From Chloroflexia bacterium (GTDB lineage: Bacteria > Chloroflexota > Chloroflexia > DTKN01), in assembly GCA_016928715.1 (NCBI GenBank), contig JAFGKG010000219.1, positions 29,671 through 93,670 on the forward strand: DNA of 64,000 nt, written 5' to 3'. Under the pieces are notes generated by a model. The model searched no databases. It was given only the letters and a program-made list of their open reading frames with translations, and was not told the origin of the DNA. Shown piece by piece: positions 22,001 to 32,400 of this stretch (position 1 is the first letter of the stretch; each line of letters begins with the position of its first letter). A program made the translations under genes and the position numbers.

Positions 22001-22143
22001 CCCAGATGCGCTGCCTGCTGCTGGGGCTCTTGGGAAGCGTGGTCTATGGACTGGCCCATGGCCTGCTGGACGGCACCTTTTTTGCCCCAGACTGGGCGGC
22101 CCTCTTTTGGCTGGCCTACGGCCTGGTGGCCGCACTGCCCTAA
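19018..22143 (+). CDS. GH-A clan glycoside hydrolase domain fused to an O-antigen ligase/Wzy_C-type membrane domain
   Basis: N-terminal TM; QIWNEPN (acid/base) and WIGELGW (nucleophile); then many TMs with SPNNLA, TYSRSG, R..MW, PWLGLG, PHNVVLE; RBS GAGGA before ATG 19018. Confidence 0.8.
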   Translation: MPHFKKTSIEQYTIKRIICQLTALTILTSLLATLLAAVVWLDNNYNRGVSWGPELPRIAQADVHPLGVNLFLDREPAESNIRRTLKLTQDMGAHWVKQLFPWDQIEPTAKGDFWDERYGHSTWSHYDLIVQLCQEHNLSLIVRLDRPPEWARQEALRNPTLQAALQENPALDITGPPDHLSDYGDFVYAVVSRYRGQIHYVQIWNEPNLANEWNWDAIDPEHFVELLRIAYSRAKEADPDVQVIFPSLAPNDGRDPRHMSDLEFLKRVYEAGGGGYFDIMSAQLYGLGQPPTEHSPLGLDRTQGRLLTRTDVSRIVLLREIMEQHGDWDKAIWIGELGWNAVPNDWAGQASPWGASVDEQTKGRYITAALDRSLHEWPWAGVHNLWFLHWDGPAPKADDPTPFFALVDHDYNALPAYAAVQKWATQGIPLGVGYHRLPPQSGLDLRFVGTRLDLLLPANDDAQGLEFIVDGVRQEPHFWRYEGTESRYIVARDLPDTTHTLRLSAPAGLSWSCYVVREQPWPWLFPSLSALLAIALLISVILLLRRLPASLAALWTWAWRARARFHACPNALQNGLILGGMALSLLLFYLLRGQPSLLALPAALLLLAAQVLLALLRLDLALLAAVFFIPLYAQPVQFAGRQFAPFELIILACLAAAGLELLRSDRRRAFLARLNLSQLLPALLFMLVCAGSLLWSTDRSFVTDEGIGLLRISLREFRVTVLEPFLLYPLLLLALPRLRSAGAPVGSPEREAQLQQQHRQAGQFWWPIDALVFSAALVSLGGIVQVLNPALHAEVADGVRRASSVYGTFSPNNLALFLGRVLALAAAGGIFLARGRRKRLYLAALPLLGTAFLLTYSRSGLIALALLLLFYGLQVSRLLLWAELGLGAAGSLFLWLTGGLQRLLATDTLGNRLTMWRRAWVLVREHPWLGLGLDAFYHHYHRRYPELGAEAYWTPHNVVLEFWTRLGLLGLAGAAWLYGAFFARAGRLYRQLQDPQMRCLLLGLLGSVVYGLAHGLLDGTFFAPDWAALFWLAYGLVAALP
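19049..19077 (-). promoter_or_regulatory. sigma70-type promoter for rpoBC
   Basis: Minus strand TTGACA-N17-TATACT with TG extended -10. Confidence 0.7.
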
Positions 22144-22158
22144 CAACGAGGGCGCTGC

Positions 22159-22869
22159 CTAGAATCCCGGCGGCCGCTCGATCGTCACCGGGGCCTCCCA
22201 GTTGGAGAACTGGAGCAGCCAAATCGTGGGGTAACCATCCTCCTGCGGCGGGGGCTCCTCAAAGCGCAGTTGGTAGATGCGCCAGTCCGCCTGCCCCACC
22301 CAGGCCTCTACCTCAACCTGTTCCGAGGTGATGAGCCAGGCCGTCAGGGGCGCCAGCAGCTGGCCGGGGGCCTGACCACGCAGATGATAGCAGCGCACCC
22401 CCTGGATCTTTTCGTCGCCTAGTTGCTCGGACCACTGCACCTGGGTAATCGCCGTCTCGACGCCAATCTCCCGATCAAAGAGCACCGTGGGATCAAAGCC
22501 CCAGCCTGCCGGCATGCGTTGCCACTCCCCACTGATGGGCTTGGTCAGGAACTGCTCCGACCCGATCCCGATAAAGCGCAGATCGATAACGGCCAGACCA
22601 CCGGCACCAACCTTGAGATCGGCCTGCACCCGATCTGGGCGGACCATATCCCCCTCGGCGGAGCGCAGGGACAGCGAGGACTCGGTATCGATGTAGGCCG
22701 GGCCGCCCTCCACACCAATGTTGAAATGGAGGCTTTCCAGCTCGGCCATGGCCTGGCCGGCCCGCTGGGCGATCTCTTCCATAGAGAACGCTGGGGCGCC
22801 ACAGGCGAACAAGAGCAGGGCCAGCAGCAGGCTCTGCAGCCATAGAGGTCCTCGCCACCTTGGAGACAT
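22159..22869 (-). CDS. LppX/LprAFG family lipoprotein
   Basis: Lipobox LFAC; SLHF, AEGD..RPDR; C-terminal FSNW.APVTIE.P. Confidence 0.75.
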   Translation of the reverse strand: MSPRWRGPLWLQSLLLALLLFACGAPAFSMEEIAQRAGQAMAELESLHFNIGVEGGPAYIDTESSLSLRSAEGDMVRPDRVQADLKVGAGGLAVIDLRFIGIGSEQFLTKPISGEWQRMPAGWGFDPTVLFDREIGVETAITQVQWSEQLGDEKIQGVRCYHLRGQAPGQLLAPLTAWLITSEQVEVEAWVGQADWRIYQLRFEEPPPQEDGYPTIWLLQFSNWEAPVTIERPPGF

Positions 22870-22902
22870 CGTTCCTCCTGTAGGCCTGTTCCGGAAACAG
22901 CT

Positions 22903-23955
22903 CTAGAGGTTCTCAATCTCTTCCAAAATTGCCCGCAGTCCGCCGGCTGACTCCGCCTGACCGGCCGCATCCATCTCTTGAGCACGCTCGTGCAGATAGT
23001 CCAGGGCTTCCTCGTTGAGCAGGATGGGGTACTGGCTCAAGAGTTCGCCTATTTCGGCGGATGACATCTCGGGCGACAAGGTCAACAGATGCTGCTGGAT
23101 CTCTTGCAGCAATTTCTCAGCCTCTTCCAGGGGCAGGCCACTGATTTTCTCCAAAAAGGCCGCCTGCAGGCCCACCCGACGACAGCGCTGCAGCAGTTGG
23201 CGGTGCTCCTGCAGCATGTCGACCGTCTCCTCATCCTGGCGATCCTGAGCATAGTCAATCATCCGGGCCAGCTCGCTGTCAGAGGGCGGGGCCAACAACT
23301 CGGGATGTGACTCCAGCATCTCTTTGGATTCCCCCCAAGTATCCAGTTGGGCAAAGGTGAGCAGGTCCTGCTGCAATTGGGATGTCGCGATGCCGGCAAT
23401 CTCCAAGGCTTCGCGCAGCTCGGGCCGCTCGTCCAGAAAGGCGCTCATGCCTTCAATGGTCTCGACCTCCGCAGCCTTGAGTTCCCGCAGGGCCGTCTGC
23501 ACGTGAGGCGGAAATCGACGCATCGACTGCTCCCACATCTCATCCAGAGCCGCCTCTACCGCTTGATTTCCCCCGGTCAGGTAGGCCGGCAAGAGGGGCA
23601 ACGGGACAAAGACCGGCTGCTCCAGGTGGGAAACATCCGCTGCATCGGGCAGCGCCTGCTGCAGCCGTTCCAACAATTGTACAAAATCCTGGCTGTCCCG
23701 ATCCCGGGTGGTTCCTTGGGAGGGGGCAAAGATCAGTTGTTCCTGGCTCGCGTCGTGGTAGAGTAGGGGTGCATCGAGCCAGCCAATGGTCTCTTGGCAG
23801 TGGGGGCACTGCACCTGGCGCAGCGTACCTGCCTGGACCTGTGCCGCCAGTTCGGGTCGCTCGACTGCGTCGACCAGGAGCCAGAGGGTGTAGCCAAAGT
23901 TTTGCTCGCAGTGGGGGCAAGTCAGCCAGATCTCTTCATAGTGGGAAATATTCAC
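22903..23955 (-). CDS. CpXC domain (Zn-ribbon) protein with helical C-terminus
   Basis: TCPHC...W..VDA.ERPEL...CPHC...PLLYHD. Confidence 0.8.
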   Translation of the reverse strand: MNISHYEEIWLTCPHCEQNFGYTLWLLVDAVERPELAAQVQAGTLRQVQCPHCQETIGWLDAPLLYHDASQEQLIFAPSQGTTRDRDSQDFVQLLERLQQALPDAADVSHLEQPVFVPLPLLPAYLTGGNQAVEAALDEMWEQSMRRFPPHVQTALRELKAAEVETIEGMSAFLDERPELREALEIAGIATSQLQQDLLTFAQLDTWGESKEMLESHPELLAPPSDSELARMIDYAQDRQDEETVDMLQEHRQLLQRCRRVGLQAAFLEKISGLPLEEAEKLLQEIQQHLLTLSPEMSSAEIGELLSQYPILLNEEALDYLHERAQEMDAAGQAESAGGLRAILEEIENL

Positions 23956-24076
23956 AGCTATCTCCTTTTTAGCAGTCAGGCCTATCCGTCCAGAGCCGCA
24001 ACCCAGAAAATAGCCTTCACCAACAAATTAGCCGCCAGCGAGTGGCGGCCAGCAGAAACAAGCTTTGGCCAGAGGA

Positions 24077-25405
24077 TCACTGCAAATAGCTCAACGGGTC
24101 GACGTAATTGCCCTCGTAACGTATCTCAAAGTGAACATGAGAACCTGTACAATAGCCAGTGCAACCCATAAAGCCGATCAACTGGCCCCTTTCGACCCAT
24201 TGCCCGGTACCCACCTCGGGGAACTGGCACATATGGCCATAGCGAGTCACCCAGCCCTCGCCGTGGTCGATCTCGACCATATAGCCCATATTGCCGCGCC
24301 ATCCGGCATAGGACACGGTACCGGCGGCGGAGGAGTAGAGCGCCGTGCTCCAGGGGGCGGCGATATCCAGGCCGGTGTGCCAACGGGTGCCGGTCCAGCC
24401 AAAGTGGTCGGTGATGCGGCCCCAGGCCGGCCAGGAGAAGCGTTCTCCACCAGGCAGAGCGGCATAGGGTGGAGTGTTCGAGGAGGAGATATACGAAGGG
24501 GTTCCTTTATGGGTAACGGCCGGCTGAGGGATCGGCTTGGCCGCACCGGGTACAAAGATCTCCTGCTCTACCTGCAACGTATAGGGTTCGCGCAGGTCGT
24601 TGGGCTTGTAGGCGATCATGTTCCCTTTGCGCACCCCATAGTCCTCAGCTATGCTGTCCAAAGTCTCCTCTTCTTCGACCTTGTGCAACAACCCATCCAC
24701 CGGTGGAACCAATAGTTCCTGATCAATGGACAGCACTTCGGCGCTTTCCAGATCGTTGAACCAATAGAGCGTCTCGACACTCAGGTCAAAGCGGGCGGCA
24801 ATAGACCCCAGCGTGTCCCCTTCCTGCACCACGTAGGTAATGACCTCCCCGTGCAGGGGGATTTCCGAGTTCAAATCCTGCTCCTGTTCAACCGGCATCG
24901 GCGGTGGGAGCACCTGGCGGGGCTGCGAGATGATCACGGGCATAGGCGGGATGCTGTCATAGGCGTTCGCGGTAGCAGCAATCTCGTCGGGAACCCGCAG
25001 AATATGCCAGGAGGGATCCTTGCCGCTGGTGTTCGCCGTGATGGGTTGCGCCAGCGCTCCCCGAAAGCCGCTAAAGAACAGCATCAGGCCCAACACAAGC
25101 AACAGGACCAGGTGCGCGGGAAGGCGTTGCAAGGAAAGAAAAGAATTCCCCGACCGGGTAGGCCGGCGCTTTCGCGCCAAAAGGCCGGGGGCGGAAAAGC
25201 GCTCCCCTCTCTGTCGGAGACGGGATAGCCAAACCATCCCTCCACGCAGCCAGGGAGGCTTTTGCGAGACGGTAGAAATACCGCTGACTTGTTCTAGAGC
25301 TGAACGGGCTTCAGCTACCGCTTCCCCCAGGCAAATCCGCCGGGAGAGAGCGGCAGCAGACCGCTTTTTTTCCAGACCGCGCGAGCGCGGCGAGCGCTTC
25401 ATCAT
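24077..25405 (-). CDS. Membrane-anchored LysM-LysM-M23 peptidase
   Basis: Two LysM repeats (YVVQEGDTLGSIA; HKVEEEETLDSIA); M23 motifs HTGLD, YGH, HVHFE; upstream TTGACA-N17-TAACCT at 25469-25441. Confidence 0.9.
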   Translation of the reverse strand: MMKRSPRSRGLEKKRSAAALSRRICLGEAVAEARSALEQVSGISTVSQKPPWLRGGMVWLSRLRQRGERFSAPGLLARKRRPTRSGNSFLSLQRLPAHLVLLLVLGLMLFFSGFRGALAQPITANTSGKDPSWHILRVPDEIAATANAYDSIPPMPVIISQPRQVLPPPMPVEQEQDLNSEIPLHGEVITYVVQEGDTLGSIAARFDLSVETLYWFNDLESAEVLSIDQELLVPPVDGLLHKVEEEETLDSIAEDYGVRKGNMIAYKPNDLREPYTLQVEQEIFVPGAAKPIPQPAVTHKGTPSYISSSNTPPYAALPGGERFSWPAWGRITDHFGWTGTRWHTGLDIAAPWSTALYSSAAGTVSYAGWRGNMGYMVEIDHGEGWVTRYGHMCQFPEVGTGQWVERGQLIGFMGCTGYCTGSHVHFEIRYEGNYVDPLSYLQ

Positions 25406-25654
25406 CCATAGGCTCCTTATACAGGATACCCTCAAATCCTAGGTTACTACAACAATACGGATTTGTCAAGTGCTTCTCAGAACAAGGGTTTCAAAGTAGG
25501 GCGTGGAAACGCAACATTTACAGCAATTCTGTCCTAAAACCGCTTGACCGCGCTGCTTGTTTGGGATACAATAGCAGCAGACTGATGGATCCCCTGCCAG
25601 TTCACGCCCGGCGGGAAACCTTTCCTGTAAAAATTCCAGATCAAGGAGGCGACG

Positions 25655-26224
25655 ATGCCAGTCAATCGTGAAAAGGCCTGGGCCTTGCTGACCGAGTTTA
25701 CCGAGAGCCCAAACTTGCTCAAGCACGCCCTAGCGGTGGAAGCATCCATGCGAGCCTATGCCCGACATTTTGGCGAGGATGAGGAGACATGGGGAGTGGT
25801 GGGACTGATCCACGACTTTGACTATGAACAACACCCCACGCTGGAAGAGCACGTCTTTGCCGGCATGGAGATTTTGCGAGAGCGGGGCTGGCCAGAGGAT
25901 GTGATCCGGGCGATGGCCGGTCACAGCAACCACAGCGGTGTGCCTCGGGACACCTTGATGGCAAAAACGCTATATGCAGTGGACGAACTCACCGGGTTGA
26001 TTGTTGCCGTGGCACTGGTCCGGCCCAGCAAGAGCATCCTGGATGTCAAACCCAAGTCGATCAAGAAAAAATGGAAGGATAATGCCTTTGCCCGCGGGGT
26101 CAATCGAGAGGAAATCGAGGAGGGCGCCGCGGCCATTGGTGTGCCCCTGAACGAGCATATTGCCCTGGTCCTGGAAGCGATGAAGGGCATCGCTGATGAG
26201 CTGGGGCTGTGTGGCCAAGCCTAG
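25655..26224 (+). CDS. HD-domain (HDIG-type) phosphohydrolase
   Basis: KHALAVE, GLIHDFDYE, VDELTG, FARGVNR; promoter TTGACC-N17-TACAAT at 25544-25572; RBS AAGGAGG. Confidence 0.88.
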   Translation: MPVNREKAWALLTEFTESPNLLKHALAVEASMRAYARHFGEDEETWGVVGLIHDFDYEQHPTLEEHVFAGMEILRERGWPEDVIRAMAGHSNHSGVPRDTLMAKTLYAVDELTGLIVAVALVRPSKSILDVKPKSIKKKWKDNAFARGVNREEIEEGAAAIGVPLNEHIALVLEAMKGIADELGLCGQA

Positions 26225-26235
26225 GAGAATGGGGA

Positions 26236-27684
26236 ATGCGTCGAGCCAAGATTGTCGCTACATTGGGGCCGTCCAGCAATTCTGAGGAGATGATCCGGGA
26301 TTTGATCGAGGCCGGGGCTAATACCTTCCGCCTCAACTTTTCTCACGGCAGTCACGAGGATCATCGGATTCGCCTGGAAACGATCCGACGCGTTTCGCGT
26401 GAATTGGAACGACCCGTGGCCATCCTGCAGGATCTGTCCGGCCCCAAGATCCGGACGGGCCGCCTGCGCGGCCGAGAGCCAATTGAACTGCAGGAGGGCG
26501 CCTCCGTCCTTCTGAGCAATCGCGCCGTGGAGGGAACGGAGGATATCCTCCCCATTAGCTACCCACACCTGGTCGACGACGTCGAGCCGGGACATCGTAT
26601 TTTGATCGATGACGGCAATATCGAGCTAGAGGCCATCGAGGCCGAGGGATCGGATCTGCGCTGTCGCGTGCTGCACGGCGGGCTGGTCAAGGAGCGCAAG
26701 GGGGTCAATTTTCCCGGCGTGCCCCTGCGGGTCTATGCCCCGACAGAGAAGGACCGCCGCGATCTGGCCTTCGGGCTTGCTCTGGATGTGGATTACGTGG
26801 CCCTATCCTTTGTCCGGCGCGCCGAGGACATCCTGGCGACCAAACGGCTGATGGCCCAGGAGGGCAAAGAGGTCCCCCTGATCGCTAAAATTGAGAAACC
26901 CGAAGCCCTGGAGGATCTGCCGGCCATCCTGGAGGCCAGCGAGGGCGTCATGGTGGCCCGGGGCGATTTGGGCGTAGAGATGCCCCCTGAGCGGGTCCCC
27001 ATCTTGCAGAAACAGATCGTAGAGCAGGCCAACCAATGCGACTGTCTCTGTATCATTGCCACCCAAATGCTCGAATCGATGATGCACCACCCCCGCCCGA
27101 CCCGGGCTGAGGCCTCTGACGTGGCCAATGCCATTATCGATGGGGCCGATGCGGTAATGCTCTCCGGGGAAACGGCGGTGGGGGAATTCCCCGTGGAGAC
27201 CGTGCGCATGATGGGGCGCATTGTGCAAGAGGCCGAGAGCAGTGGTCGCCCCCAAATGACAGCCGGCCTGCCGCGCCGTACGCCCCCCACCTATGCCCAC
27301 GCCATCGCTCACGCCGCGCGGGAAATCGCCCACGACCTGGAGATCAAGGCAATTGTGGCCTTTACCCGTTCCGGATTCAGCGCTCGCCTGATTTCCAAAG
27401 AGCGTCCAAGAGTTCCCATCCTGGCCATTACGCCCAGCGATATCGTCTGGCGACAGTTGGGATTGGTCTGGGGCGTGACTCCCATCTGCTGTCCTTTTGT
27501 CCAAGGCACCGATGGAATGATCCACGTGGTCGAGGCCGAACTCGTCGCGCGGGGCCTGGTCCAACCGGGCGACCTGATTGTCATTATGGGCGGGATGCCC
27601 ATGACCACCCGCGGCAGGACAAACTTTATCAAGGTCCAGGTGGTCGAGAGCACGGGCAAAATCCGCATGATTCGCCCTGACTAG
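26236..27684 (+). CDS. pyk: Pyruvate kinase
   Basis: KIVATLGP, RLNFSHG, DLSGPKIR, AKIE, MVARGDLGVE, ATQMLESM, MLSGETA. Confidence 0.97.
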   Translation: MRRAKIVATLGPSSNSEEMIRDLIEAGANTFRLNFSHGSHEDHRIRLETIRRVSRELERPVAILQDLSGPKIRTGRLRGREPIELQEGASVLLSNRAVEGTEDILPISYPHLVDDVEPGHRILIDDGNIELEAIEAEGSDLRCRVLHGGLVKERKGVNFPGVPLRVYAPTEKDRRDLAFGLALDVDYVALSFVRRAEDILATKRLMAQEGKEVPLIAKIEKPEALEDLPAILEASEGVMVARGDLGVEMPPERVPILQKQIVEQANQCDCLCIIATQMLESMMHHPRPTRAEASDVANAIIDGADAVMLSGETAVGEFPVETVRMMGRIVQEAESSGRPQMTAGLPRRTPPTYAHAIAHAAREIAHDLEIKAIVAFTRSGFSARLISKERPRVPILAITPSDIVWRQLGLVWGVTPICCPFVQGTDGMIHVVEAELVARGLVQPGDLIVIMGGMPMTTRGRTNFIKVQVVESTGKIRMIRPD

Positions 27685-27727
27685 CCCTCGATTGAGGCGC
27701 TTGGGGCAATTTTTTCCGGAGGGAACC

Positions 27728-29461
27728 ATGCCGCCAGCTACAGATGTACCCCCCTATAGCCGCCAGTTGCCCCCGGTCCATCCCGGTCAGCCGCGCGAGA
27801 CGGTGCAGGTTCGTTTTCCAGACGGCCGTATCTTGGAAGGACCGCGCCATGCCCCCCTGGAGGCCTTTATCGCTGCCATGCGCCGGCCGGGAGACCCCCC
27901 CGTGGTCTCGGCCATCGTGGAGGGCAAGCTCGTCGAACTCGCCCACCCAGTGGAGCACGAAATCGACGTGGAGCCCATCTCGATCCGCCACAGCGACGGC
28001 ACCCGCATCTACCAGCGATCCCTCTGCTTTCTGCTGATCGTCGCCGCCCACGAGTTATTCCCCGAGGCGCTGATCCACATCGATTACTCCCTGACCCTGA
28101 ACGGGCTGTATTGCCGGGTGGAAGGAAGAGATACGTTCAGCAAAGAGGATTTGGAGCAACTGGAATCGCACATGCGCGCCTTGGTGCAGGCCGACCTGCC
28201 CATTGTTAAAAAGCGGATCTCCCTGGAAGAGGCGCGGGAGATTTTTGAACAGCAGGGCTACCTGGATAAAATTCGCCTGCTGGTCTTTCGACAGAAAGGC
28301 TATCTGAAGGTCTATGGCCTGCGCGGGCTGTACGACTATTTTTACGGCCATATGGTGCCCTCTACGGGCTATCTGCACCTTTTCGCCCTGCAGCCTTATC
28401 CTCCGGGCTTTATCCTGCGCTTCCCCCGCCGATCCCAACCGGGCCGGCTGCCCCCCTTTCGCGATTCCCCCAAACTGGCCGCAGTCTTTGAGGAATATGG
28501 CGAGTGGATGGATTTCTTGGAGGTCAAGGACGTCGCCGGCCTCAACCGGGCCATCGCCGAGCGGCGCATCCGGGAGGTCATCCTGGTGGCCGAAGCCCTG
28601 CATGCCCAACGGGTGACCGAGATTGCCCAAGAGATCGCCCGGCAGCGCGAAAGCATCCGCCTGGTCTTGATCGCCGGCCCTTCTTCCGCCGGCAAGACCA
28701 CCTTTACCAAGCGCCTGGCTGTGCAGCTTCTGGCCAACGGCATCCGCCCCCTGCCCATTGGCCTGGACGACTATTTTGTCCCTCGGGCCGAAACCCCCCG
28801 CGACGAGGAGGGCCAGTTCGATTACGAGATCCTGGAGGCCATCGACCTCGAGTTGTTCAACGAGCAGCTCCTGGCACTGCTGGAGGGAAGGGAAATCCGC
28901 CTGCCCCACTATAACTTTATCAGCGGACTGCGCGAGGAAGGGCCAACCCTGTCGTTGCAACAAGGCCAGGTGCTGCTCATCGAGGGCCTGCACGGCCTGA
29001 ACCCCCGCCTGGTGCCCCGCATTCCCCCGGCCTCGGTCTATCGGGTCTATGTCTCGGCTCTGACCCAGTTGAATCTGGATTGGCACAACCGTGTACCCAC
29101 TACGGACACCCGCTTGCTGCGCCGGCTGGTGCGGGATGCCCGCGACCGCGGCTACAGCGCCCACGAGACCATCACCCGTTGGGAAAAGGTGCGCCGGGGA
29201 GAGACCCGCAACATTTTCATCTACCAGGAGAACGCCGACTGCATGTTCAACTCGGCCCTGGTCTACGAACTGGCCGTGCTCAAACCCCTGGCCGAGCCCT
29301 TGCTGCGCCAGATCGAGCCCGGCACGCTGCCCTGGGTCGAGGCCCGGCGGCTCCTGGCCTTCCTGGAATGGTTCCTGCCCTGTCCCCCGGACCTGATCCC
29401 GGATAATTCCCTGCTGCGTGAATTTATCGGCGGCTCCATTCTGCGAGATTTTCGCTTTTAG
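27728..29461 (+). CDS. Nucleoside (uridine) kinase with ThrRS-N-like N-terminal domains
   Basis: P-loop AGPSSAGKTT, LDDYF, IEGLHGLN, RRLVRD..RG, REFIGGS. Confidence 0.85.
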   Translation: MPPATDVPPYSRQLPPVHPGQPRETVQVRFPDGRILEGPRHAPLEAFIAAMRRPGDPPVVSAIVEGKLVELAHPVEHEIDVEPISIRHSDGTRIYQRSLCFLLIVAAHELFPEALIHIDYSLTLNGLYCRVEGRDTFSKEDLEQLESHMRALVQADLPIVKKRISLEEAREIFEQQGYLDKIRLLVFRQKGYLKVYGLRGLYDYFYGHMVPSTGYLHLFALQPYPPGFILRFPRRSQPGRLPPFRDSPKLAAVFEEYGEWMDFLEVKDVAGLNRAIAERRIREVILVAEALHAQRVTEIAQEIARQRESIRLVLIAGPSSAGKTTFTKRLAVQLLANGIRPLPIGLDDYFVPRAETPRDEEGQFDYEILEAIDLELFNEQLLALLEGREIRLPHYNFISGLREEGPTLSLQQGQVLLIEGLHGLNPRLVPRIPPASVYRVYVSALTQLNLDWHNRVPTTDTRLLRRLVRDARDRGYSAHETITRWEKVRRGETRNIFIYQENADCMFNSALVYELAVLKPLAEPLLRQIEPGTLPWVEARRLLAFLEWFLPCPPDLIPDNSLLREFIGGSILRDFRF

Positions 29462-29469
29462 GGGCGCTT

Positions 29470-32400
29470 ATGGGCACGCTGCGTATCTTTCTCTTCGGGG
29501 GCTTGCACCTCTCTTATGGGCAGCAGCACCTGCCCACGTTTCCCACCCAGAAAACGCGTTCCCTGTTCGCCTACCTGGTAACGTTCCGCGATCGGCCGCA
29601 CGCCCGAGAGGATCTGGCCCGTACCTTCTGGCGCCACAGCCCCCTGGACCGCGCTCGCCGCAGCCTCAACACCACCGTGTGGCGACTGCGGCGGATCGTG
29701 CCGCCCGGCTATCTGCAATCCGTTGGGGAACAGCTTGCCTTTGAGCCCAGCGGGGACTATTGGGTCGACGTGGTCGCCTTTGAACAGGCCCTCCAACAGG
29801 CGGGCTGGACCCCGGGGCGGGACGCGTCCTCGTTTTTCCCAGCCCATCCCCAGGCTTTCGAGGCCCTGCAGCGGGCGGCGGAACTCTATCGGGGCGATTT
29901 CCTGGACGGTTTTGGCGAGGAGTGGCGCCTGGTTGAGGCCGAACGGCTGCGCTCCCTCTACCTGCAGGCACTGAAGCAATTGTTGGCCGGCTATCGCGAT
30001 CGAGGCGATGACGAACAGGCCCTGCAGATCGCCCAGCGCTTGCTGCAGCTTGACCCACTGCACGAACAAGCCCACCAGCAGGCCATCGAACTGTACGCCC
30101 GGCTGGGCCGGATGAAGGATGCCCATACCCAATTCGAGACCTGTCGCCGCTTGCTTAGGGAGGAACTGGACGTCAAACCAATGCCCGAGACAGTGTCCGT
30201 ATACCAGCGCATTTGCCGCACCAGCCCTAACGCTGCGCTCCCACCGCCTTCCTCCAACTTGCCTTTTAGCGACCAATCGATACCTGGACCTCTCTCCCGC
30301 AGCCCCTTTGACAATTTCGGACAGGTACCGATGGTGGGCCAGGAGCAGGTCTGGTCCTCCCTGTTGTCTCGTTTTTCGCTGGCCGCCCGGGGAGAGGGTG
30401 GGTTGGTCATGCTGATGGGTCGAGCCGGCGAGGGTAAAACCCGCCTGGCCCAAGAGTTAGCCCGTTATGCCAAAAGCCGGGGTTGGCTATCCCTTTGGGG
30501 GAACTGCCACGAGTTCAAAGAGCCCCCTCCGTATCAGGCCTGGACTGAAGCGCTTCGCTCCGCCCTCTCCTGGCTGGGCCGGCAAAACTGGAATTTACTG
30601 CCCTCAGCCTGCCTGAGCGAGATCACGCTGCTGCTGCCCGAGTTGGGCCGGCTGCTGCCGAGTTTACCGCCCCCAGCGAACGTCCCCGCCCCGCAGCGGC
30701 GGGAACAATTGCAGCAGGCCCTATGGGGCTTTTTGCTTGGCCTGGGCCGGGTGCGCCCCTGCCTGGTCGTCCTGGACGACCTGCACTGGGCGGACGAGGC
30801 CACCCTGCAGGCATTGGCCAGCTTGACCCGCTTGCCGGACTGCCCCCTGCTCATCCTGGGAACCACCCGCTCGGACGAGCAGCCCCCCCTCCTGCACACA
30901 CTGCTGCAGGAGGGGACCGACACCGAGGCCCTGCAGCAGTACAAATTGAAGCCCCTCTCGCGGTCAGAGGTCGGCGAGTTGAGCCAGGCGCTGCTGGGCC
31001 GGGCCTTGCCCGATGCACTTTTTGTCGAACGTCTCTATCAAGAAACGGGGGGAAATCCTTTCTATATCATCGAGTCGCTCAAAGGCCTCTACGAGCAGGG
31101 CCTGCTCTCACAGGATCGTCAGGGCCGGTGGCACCTTGAGCAGGACTCCACCCAACTGCTCCAGGCCGACTGGCCCCTCCCTCGTGGGATTGGCCAGGTG
31201 GTGCGCCGCCGCCTGGAGCAACTTGCCCGGAACGAGTGTGCCCTGTTAGAACTCGCCGCAGTTCTGGGAAGGAGAATGCCTTTTGACCTGCTCTGGCAGT
31301 CCAGCGGCTGGTCGGAGGAGCGGGTACTGGAGGTCACGGACGAACTGCTGCGGCGGCAGTTCCTGGTCGAGGGGGATGACGCCCTGAGATTTGTTCACGA
31401 TCACGTGCGCCAAATCATCTACCAGGGCATCGGGCCGGCTCGTCGTCAATTTTTGCATCGGCGTGCGGGGGAAGTGTTGGAGGCATACGACGCCGGGTGC
31501 ATTGAGGAATTGGCCCACCATTTTTTCCTGAGCCGGCAACTAGAGCGGGCGATGCCATACTGCTTGCAGGCGGGAAATCGGGCCATGAGTCTCTATGCTT
31601 ACCAGTCCGCCCTGACTTATTACAATTGGATCGTCCAGGCCGCCCAAGAGTTGGGTGAAATAGAGCACGCGACGGAATTATTGAGGGCTTATGAGTGTTT
31701 TGGTTACGTGTGGGGACACCTGGGTAACATTGACCGAGCGCTGGAAAATTATGCCGCTATGCGCCAGGTGGCCCAATCCGCCAAAAATTGGGCCGCTGTT
31801 GCCCGATCCGAGAGACGAGTGGCCTGGGTATATGGAAGTATGTTGCATGATTGGAATGAGGGGCTATCTCGCGCTCGCCAGGCCGGCCAATTGGCCCGCG
31901 AGGCAGAGGATTGGCGGGAAACGGTCATCGCTATGCTGGATACAGGCTTTTTCCACAACATGTTGGGGCAATATGCCCAGGCACTGGATACCCTGCAGCA
32001 GGCCCTGGCCCTCTCTAGAGAACAGGGCGAAGCCGGACCGGCGGCGCACTGCTTACAATATATTGGCCTGGCACAGCAAGCCCTAGGTCAATATCAAGAA
32101 TCCCAGACCGCATTTCAGGAAGCCTTGCAAGTCTTTGTAGAGATCGGTAATCGATGGGCACAAGCCAGTACTTGGGCCGATCTCGGTTATCTTTACCTGA
32201 GTATGGGAAATCTGGCCCTGGCGGAAGACTCTTTTTTCAAGACCCAGTCCGTGTTGAACGACACGGTCTCTTATCTTGGCTCTCCCTATGAACTGATTGG
32301 CCTGGCGGCCGTGCAGCGCTGGCGGGGAGCGTGTGCTAAAAGTCTGGAATGGCTGGACCAGGCCTCCAAGGTGGGGCATCGTTTTGAGGAGAGCCACTAT

